The notes under the pieces were generated by a model. That model saw only the letters and a program-made list of their open reading frames with translations. It was not told the origin of the DNA and ran no database searches. 64,000 nucleotides of DNA, taken from the NCBI GenBank assembly GCA_965284395.1, contig OZ260084.1, forward strand, positions 595,401 through 659,400. Direction: 5' to 3'. The stretch comes from Limisphaerales bacterium. Its GTDB lineage: Bacteria; Verrucomicrobiota; Verrucomicrobiia; Limisphaerales; UBA9464. Positions 27,066-35,699 of the stretch are shown here, in pieces. A program made the position numbers and the translations under genes. Every line of letters begins with the position of its first letter. Position 1 is the first letter of the stretch.

Positions 27066-27151
27066 GGATTACACCGATTTCATTGGCATTCGGAATGACG
27101 GAACGTCCCCCATCCCGGTCCATCCGTGCAATCGGTGCAATCCGTGGATGG
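27051..27151. repeat. R5 hairpin repeat (ATTTCACGGATT / AATCCGTG family)
   Basis: CCACAGATTTCACGGATTACACCGATTTCAT ... CATCCGTGCAATCGGTGCAATCCGTGGATGG, with arms in inverted orientation. Confidence 0.7.
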
Positions 27152-27171
27152 CCCAACCGCACCTCAGCGGC

Positions 27172-28428
27172 TTACTCCTTCACCGAGGCCATCTCCTCCT
27201 CGTGCTTCCTGCGGGCAGCATCGATGTCGTAGCGATCGTTGTCCGGATGTTCCGGGTTCAACGGCGAGATGTCCCGGAGCTTCTGGATGATGCGCGGGAG
27301 GTGTTCGAGGACGTAGTCCACTTCCTCCGACGTATTGTAGATCCCGAGGCTGAACCGCACGGAACCCCGCGCCCGCATCGGCACGACGCCCATCGCGGTC
27401 AGCACGTGCGACGGATCCAGCGAACCCGTCGTACAGGCCGAACCGGAGCTCGCACAGATGCCGACCTGATCCAGCAGCATCAACACCGCCTCCGCCTCCA
27501 CGAAATCGAACCCGATGTTCGCCGTGTTCGGCAGGCGTGGTTCCTTGGCCCCGTTGCGCACCGTGTTCGGGACGTTCGTCAGGATCCAGCCCTCCAGCCG
27601 GTCCCGCAACGCCCGCACCCGGGTGTTCTCGTCTTCCAAGGTCGCCAGCGCCAGCTCAGCCGCGCGACCGAACCCGACGATGTTCGCCACGCTCTCGGTA
27701 CCACCACGGCGACCGCGTTCCTGATGGCCGCCGATGACGTACGGCGTGTAACGCGTGCGCTTCTTGACGTAGAGCATCCCGACGCCCTTCGGCGCATGCA
27801 GCTTGTGCGCGCTCAAGGAGAGGAAATCCACGCCCAGGCGCTTCACGTCGATGGGCAGCTTGCCCGGCACCTGCACCGCGTCCGTGTGGCACAAAACGCC
27901 CTTGCTCCGGCAGATCGCCGCGACTTCCTCGATCGGGAAGATCACGCCCGTCTCGTTGTTGGCGTACATCGCCGACACGATCGCCGTGTCCGGCCGGATC
28001 GACTGCTCCAACACATGAAGGTCCAGGGAACCATCCGATTCCACCGGCAGGTACGTCACCTCGAAGCCCATCTTCTCCAGGTGCGCTCCGAAGCTGATGT
28101 TGGCCGAGTGCTCGACCTTGGTGGTGATCACGTGCCGTTTGCCGGTGGTCACCAGCGCCGAGTGGATCGCCGAGTTGTTCGACTCCGTGCCGCAGCTCGT
28201 GAACACGATCTCCTTCGGATCCGCGTTCACCAAGGCCGCCACCTTTTCCCGGGCCTTTTCGACGTGCCCGTGCACCTGGGCGCCAAACCCGTAGGCGCTG
28301 GACGGGTTGCCCCAGAACTCCCGCAGGAACGGGATCATCGCGTCGACGACCTCCGGCGCGACGCGCGTGGTGGCGTTGTTATCGAAATAGTAAACCTTCT
28401 GCTGCTCCATAAATCGTGGATCCGTCAA
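27172..28428 (-). CDS. cysteine desulfurase, NifS/IscS class
   Basis: YYFDNNATTRVAPEVVDAM, NPSSAYGFG, FTSCGTESNN, SAHKLHAPKGVG (PLP Lys) and SSGSACTTG (active-site Cys loop). An alternative start is MEQQK at 28410. Confidence 0.9.
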   Translation of the reverse strand: MTDPRFMEQQKVYYFDNNATTRVAPEVVDAMIPFLREFWGNPSSAYGFGAQVHGHVEKAREKVAALVNADPKEIVFTSCGTESNNSAIHSALVTTGKRHVITTKVEHSANISFGAHLEKMGFEVTYLPVESDGSLDLHVLEQSIRPDTAIVSAMYANNETGVIFPIEEVAAICRSKGVLCHTDAVQVPGKLPIDVKRLGVDFLSLSAHKLHAPKGVGMLYVKKRTRYTPYVIGGHQERGRRGGTESVANIVGFGRAAELALATLEDENTRVRALRDRLEGWILTNVPNTVRNGAKEPRLPNTANIGFDFVEAEAVLMLLDQVGICASSGSACTTGSLDPSHVLTAMGVVPMRARGSVRFSLGIYNTSEEVDYVLEHLPRIIQKLRDISPLNPEHPDNDRYDIDAARRKHEEEMASVKE

Positions 28429-28534
28429 AGCAGACGAAATCGCTCCGCTACGCTAACGGCCATCCCCAGCATCGCAAGGTGGGATTTTTTGGCGCACGCC
28501 CCCGGGGCGCACCCTTCCCCTCGTCCTCGCCGCC

Positions 28535-28660
28535 CGTACTCGTACTCGTACTCAGCCCGAAGGGCGGTACTCGTACTCGTACTCGAAACGAATCCTCGCG
28601 TCATCACTCCACCCGGCTCCCAGCGCATCGAGTACGAGTAGGAGTTCGAGTTCGAGTACG
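28535..28660. repeat. GTACTC hexamer tandem blocks with an inverted partner block
   Basis: CGTACTCGTACTCGTACTC, GGTACTCGTACTCGTACTCG, then CGAGTACGAGTAGGAGTTCGAGTTCGAGTACG. Abuts MITE copy B. Confidence 0.7.
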
Positions 28661-28661
28661 A

Positions 28662-28860
28662 CTAAGCCGTATCCATGCGATTGAAGGCGGGGACAGGTTC
28701 ACGCGGAGACGCGGAGACGCGGAGAAGGGACACTTGGACGGGAGGCGGAGCAGTCACCGTTTGGTGAATAGTGTCCGACGTTGAAAGGTTGGAGACCTGA
28801 CCCTCTCTCCGCGCTCTCCGCGGCTCCGCGTGAGAATTCTGCTGCATGGATACGGCTAAG
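28662..28860 (+). mobile_element. MITE-like element, copy B (best preserved)
   Basis: 13-bp TIRs GCCGTATCCATGC ... GCATGGATACGGC, flanked on both sides by C-TAA-G. The interior is an imperfect fold-back rich in GCGGAGA units. No credible ORF. Confidence 0.85.
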
Positions 28861-28965
28861 CCCCGGCCCCAATCCAAAAGGCCCTCTGCGCCTCCGTGCC
28901 TCTGCGGGAGATCACCCAGAAATTCCCTCTCCCCTCTCCGGCCCCACCGCGTGATACTCCCTCCC

Positions 28966-30228
28966 ATGTCCCCGGTTCTTCGACTTCTTGGAAGCTGGCT
29001 TGCCAGCGGTTGCCTGGCACTCGCGGCGAATCTCCCGGAACCCGCGTCGTTCCCGGCCCAGCCGGAATTGCCCGACCCGCTCCGCATGCTCTCGGGCGCC
29101 CCGGTGAAGTCCGCGCGCGAATGGCGCAACAAGCGTCGCCCCGAACTCAAGCAACTCTTCCAGGACTACATGTACGGCACGCTGCCCGCGAAGCCCGACC
29201 ACCTGGAGTTCAAGACCGTGATGGTCCATCCCGACTTCCTCGACGGACTCGGGACGCTCCGCATCGTGACGGTCGAGTGCGGACGCAAGGACCCGACGCG
29301 CATCAGCCTGATGGTGGTCACTCCGAACAAGATCAAGGGACGCGTGCCGACCTTCCTCGCGATGAACTTCTGCGGGAACCACACCGTCACCGACGACCCG
29401 CGCATCCCACTGACCGAAGGCTGGCTCTACAAGAACTGCGCCGGCTGCGTCGACAACCACGCCACCGCGGCCTCGCGCGGTTCCCAGAAGCAGGACTGGC
29501 CCATCGCCGAGATCCTCAACCGCGGCTACGCCTTCGCCACGTTCTGTTCCACCGACATCGATTCCGACCGCGGCGATGTCTCCGACGGCGTCCGCGCCCG
29601 TGAGGATCGGGCGGCCGGGCGTCCCGTCGAGGCTGCGAACCGCGGCACGATCGCGGCGTGGGCCTGGGGCTTCCATCGCTGCATGGATTATCTCGTCACG
29701 GACAAGCGGATCGACGGCAAGCGCATCGCCGCCGTGGGTCATTCGCGCAACGGCAAGACTGCACTGCTGGCCGCGGCCTTCGACGAACGCATCGCGCTGG
29801 CGATCCCGCACCAGGCCGGCTGCGGCGGAACCGCGCCGAGCCGCGGCAAGATCGGGGAGTCGGTGCAGCGCATCAACACGTCGTTCCCGCACTGGTTCAA
29901 CGCGCGCTTCAAGCAGTTCAACACCCAACCCGAGCGCCTGCCCTTCGACCAGCACTGCCTCCTCGCGCTCGTCGCGCCGCGCCCCGTCCTGTTCTCGAAC
30001 GCGCAGGAAGACCAGTGGGCCAATCCTTCCGGGCAATTCGACATCCTCAAGGCCGCCGAACCCGTTTACCGGCTCCTGAACGCCGGTGGACTCGACGCCA
30101 CCTCCATGCCCGCCAACAGCGTCCTCATCCGCAGCCAACTCGGCTACTACATCCGTCCCGGCAAACACTCCATGCACGCCGAGGACTGGGCCGTGTTCCT
30201 CGACTTCGCCGACGCGCATCTCAAGTAG
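28966..30228 (+). CDS. glucuronoyl esterase-like protein (carbohydrate esterase family 15), secreted
   Basis: Track ORF 28846..30228 trimmed to ATG 28966 (signal MSPVLRLLGSWLASGCLALAA). GHSRNGKTALLAAAFDERI (nucleophile-Ser motif, bacterial variant of GCSRxG), AAWAWGFHRCMDYL and ALVAPRP. Confidence 0.7.
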   Translation: MSPVLRLLGSWLASGCLALAANLPEPASFPAQPELPDPLRMLSGAPVKSAREWRNKRRPELKQLFQDYMYGTLPAKPDHLEFKTVMVHPDFLDGLGTLRIVTVECGRKDPTRISLMVVTPNKIKGRVPTFLAMNFCGNHTVTDDPRIPLTEGWLYKNCAGCVDNHATAASRGSQKQDWPIAEILNRGYAFATFCSTDIDSDRGDVSDGVRAREDRAAGRPVEAANRGTIAAWAWGFHRCMDYLVTDKRIDGKRIAAVGHSRNGKTALLAAAFDERIALAIPHQAGCGGTAPSRGKIGESVQRINTSFPHWFNARFKQFNTQPERLPFDQHCLLALVAPRPVLFSNAQEDQWANPSGQFDILKAAEPVYRLLNAGGLDATSMPANSVLIRSQLGYYIRPGKHSMHAEDWAVFLDFADAHLK

Positions 30229-30232
30229 CGGC

Positions 30233-30289
30233 GGGCAACGAGGACGTTGCCGCTCCGCTTGACCCGGGGGCAGTATCAAGATGCGCCCC
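30233..30289 (+). repeat. 57-bp repeat, upstream copy of an inverted pair flanking gene 30355..31143
   Basis: GGGCAACGAGGACGTTGCCGCTCCGCTTGACCCGGGGGCAGTATCAAGATGCGCCCC. 51 of 57 positions match the reverse complement of 31183..31239 by my alignment. Confidence 0.8.
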
Positions 30290-30354
30290 CCGCTGGAGGT
30301 CCGACTCTCCCATTGCCTGGATGGTGGCTTTGGAGTATCCCCGGAAATCCCGCC

Positions 30355-31143
30355 ATGAACCGCCAAGTGCTCCCCGCGTTGCTTTGCCTTTCCCTGCCGC
30401 TCGCAGGCCATTCTCAAGTCGTGAACGGCGACTTCGAGATCAACCGCTTCGGCGAACCCATCTCGGGCTGGACCGGGACAGCCCACATCCTCGGGCAGCC
30501 AGAAGGTTCGCCGCTGTTGCCACCCTTCAACACGCCTCCCCCTCCGATCGGCGTCTCGGGCAATTGCTCCGCTGGCATCCGATCCGGAGCAACGCTGCGC
30601 CAGGCGTTTGTCGGTGAACAGGGCCTGGGATATTCCCTGAGCTTTTCTGCCCAGGCCATGACCCAACCCACGGCTGGCTTGCTCCGCGTCCGGGTCCTGA
30701 CCGAAGGCGGAACCGTGCTGGCACAACTGGATCCGATCCTGAAATCGGGCGGAGCGGGCTCCGATGGTTACAGCCCGTTCACGCTCGTCGTGCCACCTCT
30801 CGTGGCAGGAGGCGCACTGGCCATCGAGTTTGCGAACACCCGGGTGCCGTCCCAGGACTCGACCGTTTCCGTCGATGCCGTCCAACTGGTCGCCACGGCG
30901 CCAAGCGCCCCGCCCGTTCTCCAGGTGAAGGGATATGTCGGCAGCACCTTCGGCAGCGTGGTCCAACTGCGGTGGACCGAACCGGCCTTCGGGTACGTGC
31001 TCCAGAGCTCTTCAAGAATCAGCGGTCCTTGGACAAACGTTCCCAACGTCCAGCCGGCACGGAAGGACGGACAGCTGGCCGCCGACATTTCCGGTCCGGC
31101 GGCTGCACCCCAGCTCTACTTCCGGCTCCGCGCATCGCCCTGA
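30355..31143 (+). CDS. secreted hypothetical protein
   Basis: Track ORF trimmed to ATG 30355 (signal MNRQVLPALLCLSLPLAGHSQ). N-terminal VVNGDFE motif. C-terminal segment VQLRWTEPAFGYVLQSSSRISGPWTNV...LYFRLRA, which I take to be a beta-sandwich tail. Confidence 0.65.
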   Translation: MNRQVLPALLCLSLPLAGHSQVVNGDFEINRFGEPISGWTGTAHILGQPEGSPLLPPFNTPPPPIGVSGNCSAGIRSGATLRQAFVGEQGLGYSLSFSAQAMTQPTAGLLRVRVLTEGGTVLAQLDPILKSGGAGSDGYSPFTLVVPPLVAGGALAIEFANTRVPSQDSTVSVDAVQLVATAPSAPPVLQVKGYVGSTFGSVVQLRWTEPAFGYVLQSSSRISGPWTNVPNVQPARKDGQLAADISGPAAAPQLYFRLRASP

Positions 31144-31182
31144 ACCGCGTCGCTGCCTCAGCGGTGGAGTTCCCAGCTTCCA

Positions 31183-31285
31183 GGGGCGCATCTTGACACC
31201 GCCCCCGCCTCATGCGGGGCGGCAACGTCCTCGTTGCCCTCCCAGGCCATTTCCCAAGGCGACGAGGACGTCGCCACCCCGTTCC
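31183..31285 (-). repeat. 57-bp repeat (downstream inverted copy) followed by an R2 module
   Basis: GGGGCGCATCTTGACACCGCCCCCGCCTCATGCGGGGCGGCAACGTCCTCGTTGCCC, then ...GGCGACGAGGACGTCGCCACCCCG. Confidence 0.8.
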
Positions 31286-31474
31286 TTTCCTCAATCGGTG
31301 GCAGTGTCGAGATGCGCCGAGTCTCCAGATGCCAGATACCAGTTCAGTGACGCAAAAGGCGGCGTCAGCAGTTCTGGTTTCTGGTGACTGGCAACTGAGG
31401 ACTCTCTCACAACCCGCCGCGCCGCTGCGTCGCCGTTGCAGAACCGCGGTCGCCGCGGTCGCCGCTGGGAAACT

Positions 31475-32557
31475 TCACCGGGAAATCCAGCCACCGCCCA
31501 GGACCCGATCGCCCTCGTAAAACACACACGCTTGCCCCGGCGTCACGGCCCGCGCCGGCGCATCGAGCCGGACTTCGGCCCGCCCGCCTTCACCGACGAT
31601 CACCGTCGCCGGTGCACCCGGATGGCTGTAGCGGACCTTTGCCGAACAGCGGAACTCGGCCGGCGGAACATCCCAGGCGATCCAGCTGGTCGAACTGACG
31701 GTGAAGCGGTCGCGATCGAGCGCGGACTCATCGCCGACGATCACCCGGTTTCGCTCCGGATCGAGCCCGATCACGTACAAGGGCCGACCTGCGGCCACGC
31801 CGAGGCCGCGCCGCTGTCCCACCGTGAAGAACTCGATCCCGTGGTGCCGACCGAGGACCTTGCCGTCGGGATCCACGATGTCGCCGGCATGACGTTCGAC
31901 CATCTTCGACTGCTCCAGGAAGCGGCCGTAGTCGTTGTCAGGCACGAAGCAGATCTCCATGCTCTCCTCCTTGTCGGCCGTCCGCAGGCCGCAGTGGCGG
32001 GCCACGTCGCGGGTGTCCGACTTCGTCTTCTCGCCCAGTGGAAAGATCGCTCGGCTCAACTGGTCCTGCCGCAGGCTGAACAGGAAGTAGCTCTGGTCCT
32101 TCCTTGGGTCCTTGCCCTTCAGCAGATGAACCCGGCCCGTGGCCTCGTCCTTCTCCAACCGCGCAAAGTGCCCCGTCGCGATGTACCTCGCCCCGAGCTG
32201 GTCGGCCCGACGCAACAGGCTCCCGAACTTCAGGTGCTGGTTGCACATCACGCACGGATTCGGAGTCCGCCCCGCCTTGTACTCGTCCGCGAAGTACTGG
32301 ATGACCCGTTGCTGGAATTCGGCGGCCTCATCCACCAGGTAGAATGGCACCCCCAGCTTCGAGCAGACGCCGCGCGCGTCCATCACCGCCTGCGGACCAC
32401 AGCACTTGTCCTCGGCGCGTGACGCGCAATCCTGCGGCCACAGCTTCAACGTCACACCGATGACGTCAAAGCCCTGCGACTGCAACAGGGCCGCCGTGGC
32501 GGAGGAATCCACCCCGCCACTCATGCCTACCACCACCCGCTCTCTTCGTTCGGTCAC
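31475..32557 (-). CDS. mnmA: tRNA 2-thiouridine(34) synthase MnmA
   Basis: Track ORF 31475..32995 trimmed to GTG 32557 (VTERRERVVVGMSGGVDSSATAALL PP-loop). DKCCGP, TPNPCVMCN, YIATGHFAR and KDQSYFL motifs. Length about 360 aa, as expected. Confidence 0.9.
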   Translation of the reverse strand: MTERRERVVVGMSGGVDSSATAALLQSQGFDVIGVTLKLWPQDCASRAEDKCCGPQAVMDARGVCSKLGVPFYLVDEAAEFQQRVIQYFADEYKAGRTPNPCVMCNQHLKFGSLLRRADQLGARYIATGHFARLEKDEATGRVHLLKGKDPRKDQSYFLFSLRQDQLSRAIFPLGEKTKSDTRDVARHCGLRTADKEESMEICFVPDNDYGRFLEQSKMVERHAGDIVDPDGKVLGRHHGIEFFTVGQRRGLGVAAGRPLYVIGLDPERNRVIVGDESALDRDRFTVSSTSWIAWDVPPAEFRCSAKVRYSHPGAPATVIVGEGGRAEVRLDAPARAVTPGQACVFYEGDRVLGGGWISR

Positions 32558-32674
32558 CAAAGCCCCGCCACCCTGCCAGTCCCTTCGCCTCGATGGCCAG
32601 TGGGCAGTGGCCAGTGTCCGTGACACTTCCCTGTTTCCCCGCCCGCCCTGCTTCCCGCACCCTCGCCCTGCCGC

Positions 32675-33802
32675 ATGCCACGTCGCATCCTCATCGCACC
32701 CGACAAGTTCAAGGGCACCCTGACCGCCCAGGCCGCCGCGGAAGCCATCGCCCACGCCTGGCATATGATCCATCCCGCCGACGAGCTCCGGATCGTGCCC
32801 ATGAGCGACGGAGGCGACGGATTCGGCAGCGTCCTCGCCGGCACGCTCGCAGCCGAACGTCATTCGACCGAGACCACCGACTCCGCCGGCCGACCACGGT
32901 CCGCGGAATGGTGGTTCTCCCCGTCGCGGTCGGTGGCCGTCGTCGAGACCGCCCAGGTCATCGGACTGGCACTGCTTCCACACCGTCAATTCCACCCGTT
33001 CGCCCTCGACACCTTGGGCATCGGAGCCGTCCTGCGCGACGCCGTGGCATCAGGCGCCCGGGACGCGTGGGTCGGCATCGGAGGCAGTTCCACCAACGAC
33101 GCGGGCTTTGGACTCGCCCGCGCACTCGGCTGGCAGTTCCTCGACGGAGAGGGCTCGGCCATCCTGCGCTGGCCGGAACTCCATCGACTGACCCAGGTTC
33201 GTCCGCCCGAACGATCCCTGTCCGACCTCTGCCGGTTCACCGTGGCGGTCGACGTCGACAATCCGCTCCTTGGTCCATCGGGTTGTTCGAGGATCTACGG
33301 CCCTCAGAAGGGACTCCAACCGGAGGACTTCCCAGTCGCTGAGGCCGCCCTCGGCCAACTCGCCCGTGTGATGGCCGATCATCTGGGCCGAGACATTGCC
33401 GCGATTCCCGGGAGTGGAGCCGCCGGCGGACTCGGCTTTGCCCTGCAGGCCTTCCTCGACGCCCGCGTGGAGTCCGGATTCGAGATCTTCGCCCGCGGCT
33501 GCGACCTCGATCGACATGTAGCATGGGCCGACTTCGTGATCACCGGCGAGGGCTCCCTCGATCGGCAATCCCTGATGGGCAAGGGAACCGGCCGCGTGGC
33601 GGCGCGCGCCCGCCAGCATGGCCGCCCCTGCATCGGCCTCGCAGGAATGGTTGAACCCCTGGCCTCGGGCGAACACTCCCTCTTCACTTCCGCCTTCGCC
33701 ATCGTCCCTGAGATTGCCCCCCTCGAGGCTGCCAAGGCCGACGCTACCCGCCATCTTGCCGAACTCGCCCGCCGCTGCGCCATCGCGAATCCTCGGTTGT
33801 AG
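32675..33802 (+). CDS. glycerate kinase
   Basis: MPRRILIAPDKFKGTLTAQAAAEAI, PMSDGGDGFG, ITGEGSLDRQSLMGK and VIGLAG-type motifs of the glycerate kinase family. Confidence 0.85.
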   Translation: MPRRILIAPDKFKGTLTAQAAAEAIAHAWHMIHPADELRIVPMSDGGDGFGSVLAGTLAAERHSTETTDSAGRPRSAEWWFSPSRSVAVVETAQVIGLALLPHRQFHPFALDTLGIGAVLRDAVASGARDAWVGIGGSSTNDAGFGLARALGWQFLDGEGSAILRWPELHRLTQVRPPERSLSDLCRFTVAVDVDNPLLGPSGCSRIYGPQKGLQPEDFPVAEAALGQLARVMADHLGRDIAAIPGSGAAGGLGFALQAFLDARVESGFEIFARGCDLDRHVAWADFVITGEGSLDRQSLMGKGTGRVAARARQHGRPCIGLAGMVEPLASGEHSLFTSAFAIVPEIAPLEAAKADATRHLAELARRCAIANPRL

Positions 33803-33870
33803 GCCGGGTGCCCTCACCCGGCGTGGATCGTGAACCGCTGCGTGAGGGCACGCGGCCTACAGAACGGAGC
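33798..33870. repeat. R1 palindromic repeat, full hairpin copy
   Basis: TGTAGGCCGGGTGCCCTCACCCGGCGTGGATCGTGAACCGCTGCGTGAGGGCACGCGGCCTACAGAACGGAG. 19-bp arms with one mismatch. Near-identical to 50308..50380. Confidence 0.85.
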
Positions 33871-34037
33871 TTTCTCCCCCGGGTAGGCGCGTTGGCGCCA
33901 ACCCGGGGCTACCGGCTTCAACGCCTCCGGCGTTGGGGGGTGACTGGGATCTGGCGACTGGCAACCAAGCCCTTCGGGACAAAAGCCCCGAGCGCTGATC
34001 GCTCGACGTCCCCGCCGCACTGGCCCACAACGACCGG

Positions 34038-35699
34038 ATGGAATCCGAGCCGACAGGATCCGCGGTGTGGCCCCCGTGGGGGCACGCCCTCGCATCCTTT
34101 GCGCTCGGCATCTCCCTGACCGGTGTCCTGGCTCTCATGGCCAGTCGCGACGCCGCTGCGCGGGAACGTGAACGCTTCGAGCGCCTGGCGGAGGGCCACG
34201 CGGGCTGGATCGATGGGCAGGTCGAACTTCATCGGACAGCCCTGCTCCGGATCGCCGACCATCTCGCCTTCCACCCCACGGCCAATGCCAACGATTGGGA
34301 CGCCGTCATCGCCCGGCTCGACCTTCGCGACACCCTCCCCGCTTTCCGGGAGATCGGATACGCCCAGCTCCACCGCGGAATCTGGCAACCTCAGGAGACA
34401 CCGTCTCTTCCCGTCCCCGACCCGGTGCCATGCCCGTCGACGAATTCACCCAACTGCCGCGAATGGGCGGTCGTGTTCGCATCGCGCGCCCACCCAGGTT
34501 CCCGCGTTGCCATTGGAGATGAGCTGGCCCCGGACACCCGGATGCGTGCCTGGTTGGAGTCCGCCCTACGGGGCGTCCCGGTCATCACCGGGCCGCACGT
34601 CCTTTCCGACGGCACGCGTGGCCTGACGCTTATCCAGCCCCTCGTCACCGGGCAGCATGCGGATGGCCGACCGGCCGTCCAGGGCGTGGTGTTTGGATCC
34701 TTCGACTTCGACGCCTTCCTCGCCCACTCGCTCGATTGGGCAGCCCGCGAGGTCGCCGTCGAGGTGTTCGACTCACCGGACCTCCAACCCGATACCCGGT
34801 GGAACAACTCCACCCCGGCTTCCCTCGCCGGGCCACCCGGCTGGAAACCGAGGCTGCAGGCCAGCTTCAGGCGCCACCGATTCGACGGCACCGCATACGT
34901 CCGCGTCACCACCACACCACTCTTCGACCGGGCGTCGCTCCGGCTCCGCTCGCTCTTCATCGCAGGCACCGGGTTCCTGCTCTCCTCCGCCATCAGCGGG
35001 ATTGTCTTCGTCCAGACCCTGGGCCGACGCCGCGCCGAGGCGCTCTCCACCGAACTCGCCGAATCCCGCGAGCTGCTGCGCCACGAATCCGCCCGCCGCG
35101 AACGCCTCGGACGAGACATCCACGACGAGACACTGCAGGACCTCTACGTGACCGGCCTCCATCTGGGCCGCCTCCGCCAGCAGTTGAAGGACCGACCTTC
35201 CGTTGTAGCCGACCTCGACCAATCCCGGTCCGCGCTCGAGTCCGTCATGCGCCGGCTCCGTGCCTTCCTGGTCGCCATCGACCCCAGCCCCGCAGATCCC
35301 GAAGATCTCGTCACCTCGGTTACCCGACTCGTCGAGCAGGCCCAGCGCGGCACCACCGCCCGGATCACCCTCGAATCCTCGATCCTTGCTGAAGTTTCAC
35401 TCCGTCCGGAGATGAACCTTGAAATCCTGCACTTCGTCCGCGAAGCCACCTGCAATGCCCTCCGACACGCTTCCCCTTCGTCGGTCGATGTCTCCTTCGC
35501 CCGAAGCCCCGACTCGATAACGGCTACGGTCACCGACAATGGTCGCGGGTTTGATCCGGAGACTGCGCCGCAGTCAGGGGGATTTGGTCTCGCTCAACTC
35601 CAGCGTCGCGCCACCGCGATACACGGGCGACTGGAGATCCGTTCGGCACCCGGCGGACCCACCCGGCTTACCCTTTCCATTCCCACCCCCAAACCATGA
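34038..35699 (+). CDS. sensor histidine kinase (periplasmic CHASE-like sensor, HisKA_3 + HATPase_c; NarL-partner type)
   Basis: Two TM segments flank a ~270-aa extracytoplasmic domain. RERLGRDIHDETLQDLYVTGLHL (H-box); NALRHA and DNGRGF / GGFGL ATP-lid motifs. ATGA overlap with the response regulator. Confidence 0.85.
   Translation: MESEPTGSAVWPPWGHALASFALGISLTGVLALMASRDAAARERERFERLAEGHAGWIDGQVELHRTALLRIADHLAFHPTANANDWDAVIARLDLRDTLPAFREIGYAQLHRGIWQPQETPSLPVPDPVPCPSTNSPNCREWAVVFASRAHPGSRVAIGDELAPDTRMRAWLESALRGVPVITGPHVLSDGTRGLTLIQPLVTGQHADGRPAVQGVVFGSFDFDAFLAHSLDWAAREVAVEVFDSPDLQPDTRWNNSTPASLAGPPGWKPRLQASFRRHRFDGTAYVRVTTTPLFDRASLRLRSLFIAGTGFLLSSAISGIVFVQTLGRRRAEALSTELAESRELLRHESARRERLGRDIHDETLQDLYVTGLHLGRLRQQLKDRPSVVADLDQSRSALESVMRRLRAFLVAIDPSPADPEDLVTSVTRLVEQAQRGTTARITLESSILAEVSLRPEMNLEILHFVREATCNALRHASPSSVDVSFARSPDSITATVTDNGRGFDPETAPQSGGFGLAQLQRRATAIHGRLEIRSAPGGPTRLTLSIPTPKP

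Noticed and set aside
28535-28660. Tandem GTACTC blocks and other short tandem units (GCGGAGAC, ACTGGCAACTGG, GGCATCGGCATCG), considered as a possible CRISPR array or minisatellite
   Set aside because: The units are 6-12 bp with no unique spacers of 25-40 bp, and no cas genes are present. They are components of the dispersed repeat families.
22033-30966. Other long alternative-frame ORFs (e.g. 22033..23547+, 26761..28641+, 28912..30966-, 23547..24329+)
   Set aside because: They overlap confidently identified genes (pstA/pstC, tcdA and the desulfurase, the CE15 gene) and have biased, motif-free compositions.
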